Below are positions 23,001 to 32,059 of a stretch of DNA of 64,000 nucleotides, in pieces (position 1 is the first letter of the stretch; each line of letters opens with the position of its first letter). The notes beneath the pieces are model-generated. The model saw only the letters and a program-made list of their open reading frames with translations. It made no database searches and had not been told where the DNA came from. The stretch is from Coleofasciculus sp. B1-GNL1-01. GTDB taxonomy: Bacteria; Cyanobacteriota; Cyanobacteriia; Cyanobacteriales; Coleofasciculaceae. Both the position numbers and the translations under genes were made by a program. The stretch lies in NCBI GenBank assembly GCA_040220235.1, contig JAVJTO010000063.1; one strand, written 5' to 3'.

Positions 23001-25845
23001 GAAAATAGAGGAAGGCTATTACGCCGGGGAGTTGGCGCTGAGACTTTTAGATCAATTAGAGGCAAAGGCACTTAAGTGTAAAGTGCTGCACCTGTTTAAC
23101 GTCTATATCCACCACTGGAAAGCCCATGCTAAGGATACCTTAATTCCCTTGCGATCGGCAATTCAATCTGGATTGGAAACCGGGGATTTAGAATATGCGG
23201 GGTATTGCATGACCAATGATTGTACCTATTCGTTTTTTATTGGTACTCCCCTGGATGTTGTCGAAAAAAAACATAAACACTATATTAAATCACTCTCTCA
23301 AATAAACCATACATTTTCCCTTTATTTAACCCAACTCTGGCGACAACTCTGCTTGAACTTAATTGGAGAAGTCGAGTCAGTGGTGCAATTGCAGGGGGAT
23401 AGCTTTGATGAACAGGAAACTCTGCCCTACTTACACCAAACTAATAATCATACCTTACTCTTTTTTGCCTATTTAGCCAAAGAAATCCTCAGTTATTTAT
23501 TTAAAGAGGTGAATTTAGCGATTTCCGCAACCCATCAGACTGAGGCATTTGCCGGATCAGCCCAGGGATTAATCGTTTATGCGATTCATCTGTTCTACAA
23601 TTCACTCATCCTTTTGGCACAGTATCCAACGGTAGAACCCTCTGAACAAGAACAGTATTTAAATCAAGTCATTGCCAATCAAGAAAAGATGCAACATTGG
23701 GCGAATTATGCCCCGATGAACTATCAGCATAAGTATGATTTAGTGGCAGCAGAGAAAGCGCGAATTTTAGGAGACTTCCTCAAGGCAATGGACGATTATG
23801 ATCACGCGATTCAGGGCGCAAGAGAACATGGGTATATCCAAGAAGAAGCCTTAGCTTATGAACGCGCCGCCGAATTTTATCTCAGTCTCAATCGAGTAGA
23901 AATTGCTCAAACGTATATGACTAAAGCGCATTATTGCTATAGTCGCTGGGGCGCAAACGCTAAAGTTAGGGACTTAGAAGAACGCCATTCTCAGTTAATT
24001 GAACGGCGGTCAAATTTCCGTTCAGCCGACAGGGACACCTCCGGCGTCAATCCCTTTATTCAAACCTCTAATGGGAGTGATTCGTCTCGCTTAGATTTGA
24101 CCAGTGTTCTGAAAGCCTCCCAAGCGTTATCAGGAGAAATCCTTTTGGATCAATTGCTGGCAAAGTTCATGCAAATTCTGATTGAAAATGCAGGTGCAAC
24201 TCAAGGCTATTTGATTCTGTCTACTCAGGGACAACTACTGATTGAAGCGGAGGCGGCGGTGAATCAGGAGACGGTTAAGGTGTTACAGTCTATTCCAGTA
24301 GAAAATAGTCCCGCTGTGGCAACAAGTATTATTAATTATGTAGCGCGTACCCAAGAAACCGTTGTCTTACATGATGCCATGAATCAGGGTAAATTTACCC
24401 AGGATCTCTATGTGATCCAAAATCAGTCTAAGTCGATTTTGTGTAGTCCATTGATCAATCAAGGGAAACTATCGGGACTGATTTATTTGGAAAATCATTT
24501 AACCACGGGGGCTTTTACCTCAGACCGACTAGAACTGCTGAAACTCTTATCCTCTCAAGCCACAATATCAATTGAAAATGCTAAACTCTACGCCAAAATT
24601 CGCAGCAATGAAAGTAGACTAACTCAATTTTTAGAAGCTATCCCTGTGGGGTTAGCCGTTATCGATCAAAGTGGCAAAACCTACTACCTGAACCAACGAG
24701 CGAAAGACTTACTGGGGCAAGGAATTATATCCGATCTCAACCCCGATGAAATTTCTGAGATGTATCAAAGCTATATCGCTGGGACTGATCAACCTTATCC
24801 TAATCATAAATTGCCTGTAGTCAGAGCATTGCGTGGTGAATATACGACAGCGGATGATATTGAAATTCACCAGGGCGATAAAATTGTTCCCATCGAAGCG
24901 TGGGGAACACCTATTTTTGATGAACAGGGGAATGTTATCTATGCAATTGTCGCCTTTCAAGATATTACCGAACGTCGCCAAGCTGAGGCTGAACACGAAC
25001 GATTTACCCAAAAACTCTCTCAACTGAATCTGGCATTTTCCCGGTTTGTGCCGCGTCAATTTCTCCAGTTTTTGGATAAGGACAGTATTGTGGAGGTACA
25101 AGTTGGGGATCAGGTGCAGAAGGAAATGTCAGTGTTATTTTCTGATATTCGGGATTTTACCCAACTCTCGGAAACAATCACACCGGATGATAATTTCAAA
25201 TTGATTAATTCTTATTTACAATGTATGGAACCGACGATTGTGGATAATCAAGGGTTTATCGATAAGTATATTGGCGATGGGATTATGGCACTCTTTGGCG
25301 GTGAGGTTAATGATGCGGTGAACGCCGGAATTGCCATGTTGCATCGACTGAGAGAGTATAATCAAGAACGCCAAAATCAGGGTGATAGTCCCCTGAGAAT
25401 CGGCATAGGGATTAATACGGGTTCCTTGATGTTGGGGACAGTTGGCGGATGCAATCGCATGGATACGACGGTAATCAGTGATGCGGTGAATTTGGCGTCT
25501 CGTGTGGAAGGATTGACGAAAGAGTATGGCGTGTCGTTGTTAATTTCCCATCATACGTTCTTAGGATTACAGCATCCCACTGACTATGCGATTCGTTTAA
25601 TTGGTCAGGTACAGGTTAAGGGAAAAGCGGAATTAGTCACAGTTTATGAAGTCTTTGATGCGGATTCTCCGGAGATAAAAGCGGGGAAGTTGGCAACATT
25701 GCAACTGTTTACTGAGGCGTTATCGTTCTATCATCTCCAGGTTTTTGAGCAAGCCGCACAAGGGTTTGAAGAGGTTTTACGGTTGAGTCCTAGGGATAGA
25801 GTGGCTCAACTTTATCTGAATCGGATTCGGGGGTGTGGGGTTTAA
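20059..25845 (+). CDS. Multidomain Ser/Thr kinase - AAA ATPase - TPR-like - GAF - PAS - class III adenylate cyclase
   Basis: HKDINPSN/DFG kinase; GFAGIGKS Walker A; FLDDLQWAD Walker B; GAF (LCSPL..QGKLSGLIYLEN); PAS ending FQDITERR; cyclase FSDIRDFT, DKYIGDG, DAVNLASRVEG. Confidence 0.93.
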   Translation: MFNIRGYQILCQIYESTQSIVYRGIRQADQQAVILKRLNTHYPTPEEIRQYKQEYQITRRLNLAGVVKAYRLEQYQNNVVIIFEDFGGDSLQLLLNHHPLTLAEFLDIAIKITESLNQIHAANIIHKDINPSNIVYHPQTGKIKLIDFGIASVLSRENPTLKNPNVIEGTLAYISPEQTGRMNRYVDYRTDFYSLGVTFYELLTGNLPFEAQDAMELVHCHLAKYPTPPHLLGGSKQMQEGKGVGEIPQAVSDIVLKLLAKTADERYKSALGIQADLVICLMQLEANGFIEPFPLGENDVSEKFQVPQKIYGRDAELAILFAAFNRVAKGGKELMLVSGFAGIGKSVLVQELHQPIVQERGYFIVGKFDQFKQNRPFASLVQAFSDLIGQFLTESEAKIADWRSQILEAFGINGQVIIDVIPKLELIIGQQPPVAELPATEAQNRFNRLFAQFIQVFAQAEHPLVIFLDDLQWADSASVDLLERLLTDIDSRYLLIIAAYRDNEINPLHPLNRLLDKSPNLGVAVNQINLSPLALIHLNQLIADALDCSLEAVKSLAELVWNKTQGNPFFASQFLTSIYNQGLLKFDFDSGSWQWDIQDIAAQTVSDNVVEFIAQKLQRLSENTQTSLQLAAGIGNVFDLTMLAAIYDKSRLETAIDLWEAVQAGLIIPLGEDYKFIQAAVFTTSSYFTDNDPNDNSSSLTSPISVTINPSYRFIHDRIQQAAYSLISEPDQPAIHLQIGQFMLKTTPPEKQDEKLFDIVNQLNVGIPLITHQSERDELAQLNLLAGQKAKAATAYESAANYLNTGLNLLATDSWQLQHDLTVKLYYKAAETAYLRGEFAEAKQLGTVILDQANTLSDRVKVYELMMQISIAENQLLQAIDIGLETLEMLDVFLVESNAENRQVELPSLTDLDDFPKMTDPQKKAAMRILVTVASATYLAKPELLFQVILTMVNLCQTYGLLPESTYAYSVYGLLLCGMLGKIEEGYYAGELALRLLDQLEAKALKCKVLHLFNVYIHHWKAHAKDTLIPLRSAIQSGLETGDLEYAGYCMTNDCTYSFFIGTPLDVVEKKHKHYIKSLSQINHTFSLYLTQLWRQLCLNLIGEVESVVQLQGDSFDEQETLPYLHQTNNHTLLFFAYLAKEILSYLFKEVNLAISATHQTEAFAGSAQGLIVYAIHLFYNSLILLAQYPTVEPSEQEQYLNQVIANQEKMQHWANYAPMNYQHKYDLVAAEKARILGDFLKAMDDYDHAIQGAREHGYIQEEALAYERAAEFYLSLNRVEIAQTYMTKAHYCYSRWGANAKVRDLEERHSQLIERRSNFRSADRDTSGVNPFIQTSNGSDSSRLDLTSVLKASQALSGEILLDQLLAKFMQILIENAGATQGYLILSTQGQLLIEAEAAVNQETVKVLQSIPVENSPAVATSIINYVARTQETVVLHDAMNQGKFTQDLYVIQNQSKSILCSPLINQGKLSGLIYLENHLTTGAFTSDRLELLKLLSSQATISIENAKLYAKIRSNESRLTQFLEAIPVGLAVIDQSGKTYYLNQRAKDLLGQGIISDLNPDEISEMYQSYIAGTDQPYPNHKLPVVRALRGEYTTADDIEIHQGDKIVPIEAWGTPIFDEQGNVIYAIVAFQDITERRQAEAEHERFTQKLSQLNLAFSRFVPRQFLQFLDKDSIVEVQVGDQVQKEMSVLFSDIRDFTQLSETITPDDNFKLINSYLQCMEPTIVDNQGFIDKYIGDGIMALFGGEVNDAVNAGIAMLHRLREYNQERQNQGDSPLRIGIGINTGSLMLGTVGGCNRMDTTVISDAVNLASRVEGLTKEYGVSLLISHHTFLGLQHPTDYAIRLIGQVQVKGKAELVTVYEVFDADSPEIKAGKLATLQLFTEALSFYHLQVFEQAAQGFEEVLRLSPRDRVAQLYLNRIRGCGV

Positions 25846-25846
25846 A

Positions 25847-26094
25847 TAGGGCTTGCTGCACAAGTCGAAAACCCTTATATTTAATAAAGGACTCTCAGGA
25901 GTTTTCCGGCTGAGGGAGTGCAAGAAAATAAGATAAGATTTGTGAAAAACCTAGCATCATAGCGAGCGAGACGCAAAGCCTGCGGCATGGCTTCGCTTAA
26001 CGCACTACCGTTTTGTTCTTTCCTCCTGAACTCCTGAACTCCTGAACTCCTGAACTCCTGAACTCCTACTCAAATACTTATTCAGCAGACCCTA
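25847..26094. mobile_element. MITE with TAGGGCTTGCTG...CAGCAGACCCTA termini containing a CTCCTGAA tandem repeat
   Basis: Terminal inverted repeats with TA at both ends. Same family as 53863-54079 and 57952-58167, with partial ends near 32060, 40712 and 59862. Confidence 0.75.
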
Positions 26095-26183
26095 AATAAA
26101 GGGCGGGTTTTACATAAAGGGCGCACATCATTGAATAAAGGGCGCACGTCGGTGCGCCCCTACGGTAAAATACATTATTAAAA

Positions 26184-29100
26184 TCACCGCTCCATCGGTG
26201 TCCAATCTCCCGATAAAATAAACGCCGCCCAATAATAAGGATGTTGATACGCTTCAGAGTTTAACATCTCTAATTGTGACTGACGCAACGCCTCAGTCCG
26301 TCCCTGATTGTCCTGCAATTTCTGATAATACTTCACCATTAAATCGACGGTCGCCGCATCCGATATTTTCCATAAACTGGTGACTTGACTTTCTGAACCT
26401 GCTAAAACTAACGCCCGCCGAAATCCATAGATTCCTTCTCCGGTTTCGATATGTCCTAATCCGGTATCGACAGCCGATAAAACGACCAGTTTTGTCCCCA
26501 TCAAATTTAATAGTGACATTTCCTGGGCGGTGAGAATCCCATCTTCGTCGCCACTCCCACCCACGCGGAAGCCAGCAAGCACTAATCCCGATAGCAGTAA
26601 GGGATAATTTTCTCGGAGAGTTTGTACGGTTTCACTTTCAGGATTTGTTTCCAAGAAACCATGAGTGGCAATATGTAAAATAGAGGGACGATTTACCTGT
26701 TTTACAACGTTTTCTGTTGCCAGAGAACCTGTGAGTGGAGTAACCTCTAATAATTGACCAATTGCCTCAACTTCCTCGGCGGTTCCAGGGAGGGGAGTAA
26801 AGGTTTTTTGGGATAAGTCAATTAAGGGAATCATCTCAGATAGCGGCGTCATTGCTTTACCGCGAGGCTGAATCACTTCACCGGGACGCTGAAAATAGGG
26901 GTCAGCAATTAACACAGGTGGCTGTTGACTGGGAAAGGAGGTTTGTAGTCGGAGTAAATCTCGTCCAGAGGTTAAATAAGAGAATGAATAGGTTTCAATT
27001 AAATAGCGGTTATTTTCATCAACGAGAACTTCAAACGGAATTAAATTAAGCGTCCCATCGGGAGCAATGAGGATATGGCGATTGTTACCCATTCGTTCTC
27101 GCACGGGTTCCATGAGAACAGTATCCAATGCACGGGCAGATTGTTTAATTAGGGGAATCGGAATTTGGTTACCATTTTGGAAAAGTTGGCGAAAATCTGC
27201 AACTTTTTGATCAATTATCGCCGCTGCGCCTAAGTCAATGGCTTCAGGGGTTCCTTGGGAGGATAGAATGTAAGCTGCATAGCGGGGTTCACCTTGATGA
27301 TAATAGCGTACCAGTTCCACTAATACGGTATCTTCAGGGATTAATTGTTGAATAGTTTCGATGGTGACGGGTTGGGATTCAATCCGGAATTGTTCACTTT
27401 GACGAGAGAGTTGATTTTCCAATTGTTGCGCTTGTTGTTCTAGGGAGGCGAGTTGAATGCGGTAGTCTTCTGGAGGTAAAGTTATATCGTTTTCTGATGT
27501 TTTATAAATTAGGTTCGTCAGTTGTCGATAGGTATCCGCAAGTTCAGCTAATAACGCCTGATTTTCTGGGGTCAGGTTTTGACGTAGGCGTTGCAGGGTA
27601 TTCGTTGATACATCTAAGATGCGTCCTTTGCGTCGGAAGATCGTCGTTAGGGCTAAGTTAGCGGCTTGGGGATTATTCGGGGCAGAATTGAGATGAAAGG
27701 AAGGAGCAAAATTGGTGCTTCCAGAAAGCGTTTGTAAGTAATCTCGTTTCTGGCGATTAGAACCAGCGGCGAGATTAGCAGTGAGGTTATATTCTTCGAT
27801 ATTTAATCCTTCTTGGAGGACAGTGAGGGTATTATCAATGTCACCGAGTTGAGAGTAGAGAACAGCTAGATTATATAAGCTCATGGCGACACGAGGATGA
27901 TCCTCCCCCATGAGGCGTTTTATTATCTCTAAAGATTGGCGAAATAGGGGTTCGGCTTCTGTGTAGCGTCCTTGATTTCGGTACAATAATGCCAGATTAT
28001 TCAGGGAAGTTGCCACATCAGGATGATCCTGTCCCAGGAGACGTTTAAACATCTCTAAGGCTTGGCGATAGAGAGATTCAGCTTCAGAGTAGCGTCCTTG
28101 ATTTCGGTACAATGCTGCTAGACTAGCCAGGGAAGTTGCCACATCAGGATGATCCTGTCCCAGGAGACGTTTAAACATCTCTAAGGCTTGGCGATAGAGA
28201 GATTCGGCTTCACTGTAGCGTCCTTGAGTATCGTACAATACTGCCAGATTATGTAGGGATTGTGCTACATCAGGATGTTCTTGTCCCAGGAGACGTTTTC
28301 TCATCTCTAAGGCTTGGCGATAGAGAGGTTCGGCTTCACTGTAGCGTCCTTGATTTCGGTACAATGCTGCCAGATTATTCAGGGAAGTTGCTACATCAGG
28401 ATGATTCTGTCCCAAGAGGCGTTTTCTCATCGCTAAAGCTTGGCGAAACAAAGGTTCAGCTTCCGAGTAGCGTCCTTGATTTTGGTACAATAATGCCAGA
28501 TTATTCAGGGAGGTTGCCACCCAAGGATGATCCTCTCCTAGGAGGCGTTTTTTCATCTCTAAAGCTTGACGAAAGAGGGGTTCAGCTTCACTGTAGCGTC
28601 CTTGATTTTGGTACAATAATGCCAGATTATTCAGGGAAGTTGCCACATCAGGATGATTCTGTCCCAGGAGGCGTTTTCTCATCTCTAAGGCTTGGCGATA
28701 GAGAGGTTCGGCTTCACTGTAGCGTCCTTGATTTTGGTACAATAATGCCAGATTATTTAGGGAGGTTGCCACATCAGGATGATTCTGTCCCAGGAGGCGT
28801 TTTCTCATCTCTAAAGCTTGGCGAAAGAGGGGTTCGGCTTCCGAGTAGCGTCCTTGATTTTGGTAGAGTAATGCTAGATGATTCAAGCTAGTGGCAATCT
28901 GAGGATGTTCCTCTCCTAAGAGTCTTTTTCTCATTGCTAAAGCTTGGCGAAACAAGGGTTCAGCTTCCGAGTAGCGTCCTTGATTTTGGTAGAGTAATGC
29001 CAGATTATTTAAGCTAGTGGCGATATCAGGATGTTCCTCTCCATAGAGACGTTTTATCATCACTAAGACTTGGCGAAACAAGGGTTCAGCTTCCGAGTAG

Positions 29101-29546
29101 CGTCCTTGACTTCGATACAGAATTCCTAAATACGTTAAACTATCAGCAATATCAGGATGTTCCTCTCCATAGAGGTTCTGATAAAGGGTTAGCATCCGTT
29201 CGGCTAAGGGAATCGCTTCACTATATTGACCTTGATGGTAAAGTTGTTCAACCTGTTGCTTGAGTCGTTCGGCTTCGGCTAAGTCATCGGCTTCATTGGC
29301 GATAAGGGATGGAGGATGAGGGATAGGAGACGGAGGCGGTGATTGACTCAGGGCGATTGTAGGGATAGATAGGGATAAGGTAGCTAGTGCAAGAAGGCAG
29401 GAGGCAGAAGGCAGAAGGCAGGAGGGCAGAAAGCTTATACCGTAAGATTTTGCACCTTTTTTAACTGGAGAGTTACTTCCGCTGCGCTGGTCTAGAGATA
29501 GTTCTACCATGAAGAGTAGAGTAGGTCGAGTATCCCGGTTTAGCAT
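26184..29546 (-). CDS. TPR-repeat + CHAT (caspase-HetF) domain protein; catalytic Cys replaced by Val
   Basis: About 11-12 42-aa TPR units (HPDVATSLNNLALLYQNQGRYSEAEPLFRQAL); CHAT motifs IAPDGTLNLIPFEVL, LPGTAEEV, LHIATHGF, LVVLSAVDTGLG and HPYYWAAF; signal-peptide-like N-terminus; start uncertain. Confidence 0.92.
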   Translation of the reverse strand: MLNRDTRPTLLFMVELSLDQRSGSNSPVKKGAKSYGISFLPSCLLPSASCLLALATLSLSIPTIALSQSPPPSPIPHPPSLIANEADDLAEAERLKQQVEQLYHQGQYSEAIPLAERMLTLYQNLYGEEHPDIADSLTYLGILYRSQGRYSEAEPLFRQVLVMIKRLYGEEHPDIATSLNNLALLYQNQGRYSEAEPLFRQALAMRKRLLGEEHPQIATSLNHLALLYQNQGRYSEAEPLFRQALEMRKRLLGQNHPDVATSLNNLALLYQNQGRYSEAEPLYRQALEMRKRLLGQNHPDVATSLNNLALLYQNQGRYSEAEPLFRQALEMKKRLLGEDHPWVATSLNNLALLYQNQGRYSEAEPLFRQALAMRKRLLGQNHPDVATSLNNLAALYRNQGRYSEAEPLYRQALEMRKRLLGQEHPDVAQSLHNLAVLYDTQGRYSEAESLYRQALEMFKRLLGQDHPDVATSLASLAALYRNQGRYSEAESLYRQALEMFKRLLGQDHPDVATSLNNLALLYRNQGRYTEAEPLFRQSLEIIKRLMGEDHPRVAMSLYNLAVLYSQLGDIDNTLTVLQEGLNIEEYNLTANLAAGSNRQKRDYLQTLSGSTNFAPSFHLNSAPNNPQAANLALTTIFRRKGRILDVSTNTLQRLRQNLTPENQALLAELADTYRQLTNLIYKTSENDITLPPEDYRIQLASLEQQAQQLENQLSRQSEQFRIESQPVTIETIQQLIPEDTVLVELVRYYHQGEPRYAAYILSSQGTPEAIDLGAAAIIDQKVADFRQLFQNGNQIPIPLIKQSARALDTVLMEPVRERMGNNRHILIAPDGTLNLIPFEVLVDENNRYLIETYSFSYLTSGRDLLRLQTSFPSQQPPVLIADPYFQRPGEVIQPRGKAMTPLSEMIPLIDLSQKTFTPLPGTAEEVEAIGQLLEVTPLTGSLATENVVKQVNRPSILHIATHGFLETNPESETVQTLRENYPLLLSGLVLAGFRVGGSGDEDGILTAQEMSLLNLMGTKLVVLSAVDTGLGHIETGEGIYGFRRALVLAGSESQVTSLWKISDAATVDLMVKYYQKLQDNQGRTEALRQSQLEMLNSEAYQHPYYWAAFILSGDWTPMER
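27890..29170 (-). repeat. 126-bp tandem repeat array encoding TPR units
   Basis: Near-identical units; GTAGCGTCCTTGA recurs every 126 nt. Confidence 0.9.
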
Positions 29547-29629
29547 CCTAGTCGTCTCCCTTGTTCAATCCAGTACAAAGTCGAGATGATTCATTCAGTT
29601 TATCTCTAGAAATGATAAAACAAAATCCA

Positions 29630-30437
29630 CGTAGGGGCGCACCGACGTGCGCCCTAATTGCCAACGTGTGTCCTGATGTTTATCCTGGAAACAATTATCA
29701 ACCGCGTAGGGTGGGTTAGGCGGGCTTTCAAACTGAAACAGAAACCATTTAATCATCTGTCCGCCGTAACCCACCGATGTTCTGAGGCGAATAACTAATC
29801 ATCCGGCAAAAAATGGCTTAAAAAAGGGCGCACGTCATTAAATAAAGGGCGCACATCATTAAATAAAGGGCGCACTGAGGTTATGCGTTTTCAGTTAAAG
29901 AAACCCCTCACCCCCAACCCCTCTCCCACTCTGGGGAGAGGGGAGCAAGAATGTAGGGGCGGGTTTAGGGACTAAATTGGGTGGCTTAACGATAACTGAA
30001 CAACAAAACCCGCCCTTTATTTAATGGCGCTTTTGAACTCAATTTGTTCAAGGAATCTGTAATTTAAGCAAAGATAGGCTCGCATCCCTTACGACAAACT
30101 ACAAACTTTTAAAAATTCCTCACCTGAACATCGGTGGGTTAGGTTGGACACTTAATTGAATGGTTATTCGCTTCTATTAAATGCCGCCTAACCCACCCTA
30201 CGGCACTAATGTAAAAAATATCCATCTATTGTAGGGGCGGGTTTAGAGACTAAATTGGGTGGCTTAACAATAACTGAACAACAAAACCCGCCCTTGATTT
30301 AATGGCGCTTTTGAACTCAATTTGCCCGTGCAGACGTGCATTGGTGTCAACGTAAAGAAAACTCAAGGTATTGCGTTCTGGCAAGAGCTTAAGTTGACAC
30401 CAATGGTGGGGGTGTAGAGACGCGCCATGGCGCGTCT
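29630..30437. repeat. Intergenic mosaic of REPs/MITEs
   Basis: 95-bp direct repeat 29952-30046 / 30230-30324; inverted pair 29705-29782 / 30126-30202; 21-bp tandem AAAGGGCGCAC(G/A)TCATTAAAT at 29823-29875; TTGGTGTCAAC...GTTGACACCAA element at 30340-30403. Confidence 0.85.
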
Positions 30438-30453
30438 GGGAACGAGAGCCGGA

Positions 30454-30825
30454 CTATTCCCAGGCGTCGAGGTCTATGGCTTTTGAGCCACCTCGTTCTA
30501 GCTGTCCTAAAAGTTTACCCAACTGATACCACACTAACCAGCCAATGAATAGAGTTAGGGGTAGGGAAATGGTGTAAGCCAGGAATGTGGGAAAGCTAAA
30601 AATTTCTAGCCCAGCCGCCAGAAATACACAAATTCCGGCGGAAATTCCTAGGAATGGGATGAATAATGGCAATCCTTGCATTTGAGCCAGACTGCGAGAG
30701 GAACGGTTTTTTGACCATTCCTGTACCTTTTGTTTCAGTGTGGCTTCAAACGCCGCACCACAGGTAATCCCAGCCAATAAACCCATCACTAACAATAAAT
30801 AAGGCGGTTCGTGAAGATAATACAC
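30454..30825 (-). CDS. Conserved cyanobacterial membrane protein (3 TM)
   Basis: 123 aa, GTG start, hydrophobic segments, C-terminal GGSKAIDLD. Confidence 0.75.
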   Translation of the reverse strand: MYYLHEPPYLLLVMGLLAGITCGAAFEATLKQKVQEWSKNRSSRSLAQMQGLPLFIPFLGISAGICVFLAAGLEIFSFPTFLAYTISLPLTLFIGWLVWYQLGKLLGQLERGGSKAIDLDAWE

Positions 30826-30907
30826 AAAGCACTCCCAGCATATAAGTCCGATACAGCCAGATTGTACACTGTCCAGCCTTGAAGCGGTGACGTATTGAGT
30901 TATTGAG

Positions 30908-31312
30908 TTATGATTTACTTTGGCGATGTGACCGACGTGAGTAGACCCAAGCCGATCGCATCCAGGTCCAACCCAGGAAACTGCCGATAAAATAAGCGGG
31001 GAAATCTGACCAGGTAAAGGTATTCCCCAAGATAACCCGACCCAGTAACGTGGCTCGAATGGCTTGCAAAAATGGAGGTTGCCATAGTTGCAGAACCTCC
31101 AGCAGACAAGTAACTATACAGACGCCTACCGCTGTCCACAGGGGAGACGCTTGGGGAAAGAAAAGTCCAACCAAGAGAATCCAGAAAATCTCATAAGCAA
31201 AGCTACCCAGTCGGTCATTCAGCCATTCCGGTGCAGGTGCGTAAAACCGCACCGCATACCCCAAAGGAGCAATGAGGATAATGCTGATGAGCAGGATAAT
31301 GCGATATTTCAA
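30908..31312 (-). CDS. DUF2809-family membrane protein
   Basis: LEVLQLWQPPFLQAIRATLLGRVILGNTFTWSD motif; 4 TM segments. Confidence 0.78.
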   Translation of the reverse strand: MKYRIILLISIILIAPLGYAVRFYAPAPEWLNDRLGSFAYEIFWILLVGLFFPQASPLWTAVGVCIVTCLLEVLQLWQPPFLQAIRATLLGRVILGNTFTWSDFPAYFIGSFLGWTWMRSAWVYSRRSHRQSKS

Positions 31313-31334
31313 AATAGGATAGTGGTCAACCTCT

Positions 31335-31862
31335 CTACACCCATGGCTTTAACTCAGGATTAGCACTCAACTCTAATTCTGGAAACGCATAAACGACAAC
31401 GCCTGTATCGGGGTCATTGTCAATATTCACATACCCGGACTTGACCAAATCGTTCAACGTCGCTTCTACTTCCGCAAACCCTCGTCCCGTATCGACAACC
31501 CCCTGAGTCACGGACAATTTACCGCCTCTCGCTTCAGCCGCTTTCACTAATTGAACAACAAAGGAGTCATGGTTTAAAGTAGCAGGAGCATGATAAGGCT
31601 GGACTAATGTGGGTGAACCAGAAACCGTTGCTTCTCCAGCGATGCGATCGCGCTTCCCATATTTGAGATAATGTTCTTCTACCATGCCGGGAATTAGAAA
31701 CAGGTCAATGAATTGACCAACCCCAAATAATCCCCCCGTACAAAACCACAACAAACCTGTGCCAATCTTACCATTGTAGAAACGGTGCAATCCGGCAAAT
31801 CCAAACAGAAAGCCGAACCACAACAAATAACTCCCCTCACGTCTATTTATCTCCATTGCCAA
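31335..31862 (-). CDS. TM2/NINE-domain protein with a C-terminal winged-helix-like region
   Basis: [45 protein letters not shown]. Confidence 0.85.
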   Translation of the reverse strand: MAMEINRREGSYLLWFGFLFGFAGLHRFYNGKIGTGLLWFCTGGLFGVGQFIDLFLIPGMVEEHYLKYGKRDRIAGEATVSGSPTLVQPYHAPATLNHDSFVVQLVKAAEARGGKLSVTQGVVDTGRGFAEVEATLNDLVKSGYVNIDNDPDTGVVVYAFPELELSANPELKPWV

Positions 31863-32059
31863 TCCTCCTCTTGGTTTGGTTTAGCTAAAGCGCTCTTTCC
31901 CGGTCACAGGCTGCATCGGCTTAAACTCCAGCGTGATTAACGTAAAGCCAGCCACTGTAAGTTGTCCTGTGGTTCTTTACACGCTTTCTTTCATTATCGC
32001 CAAACTTTGAGCGAAACGTTTTAAGTATTGACAAATGTAGGGACGGGTTTCACTATATC

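Noticed and set aside
18700..25845. Possible DGR template/variable repeat between the two cyclase modules
   Set aside because: Differences involve all bases and look like ordinary paralogue divergence; no reverse transcriptase is in the window.
28262..28891. 209-aa repetitive plus-strand ORF
   Set aside because: It mirrors the 126-bp TPR repeats on the opposite strand; an open frame is expected from repetition.
29630..30437. Possible CRISPR array
   Set aside because: No constant repeat with unique, regularly sized spacers and no cas genes; the repeats are REP/MITE/tandem types.
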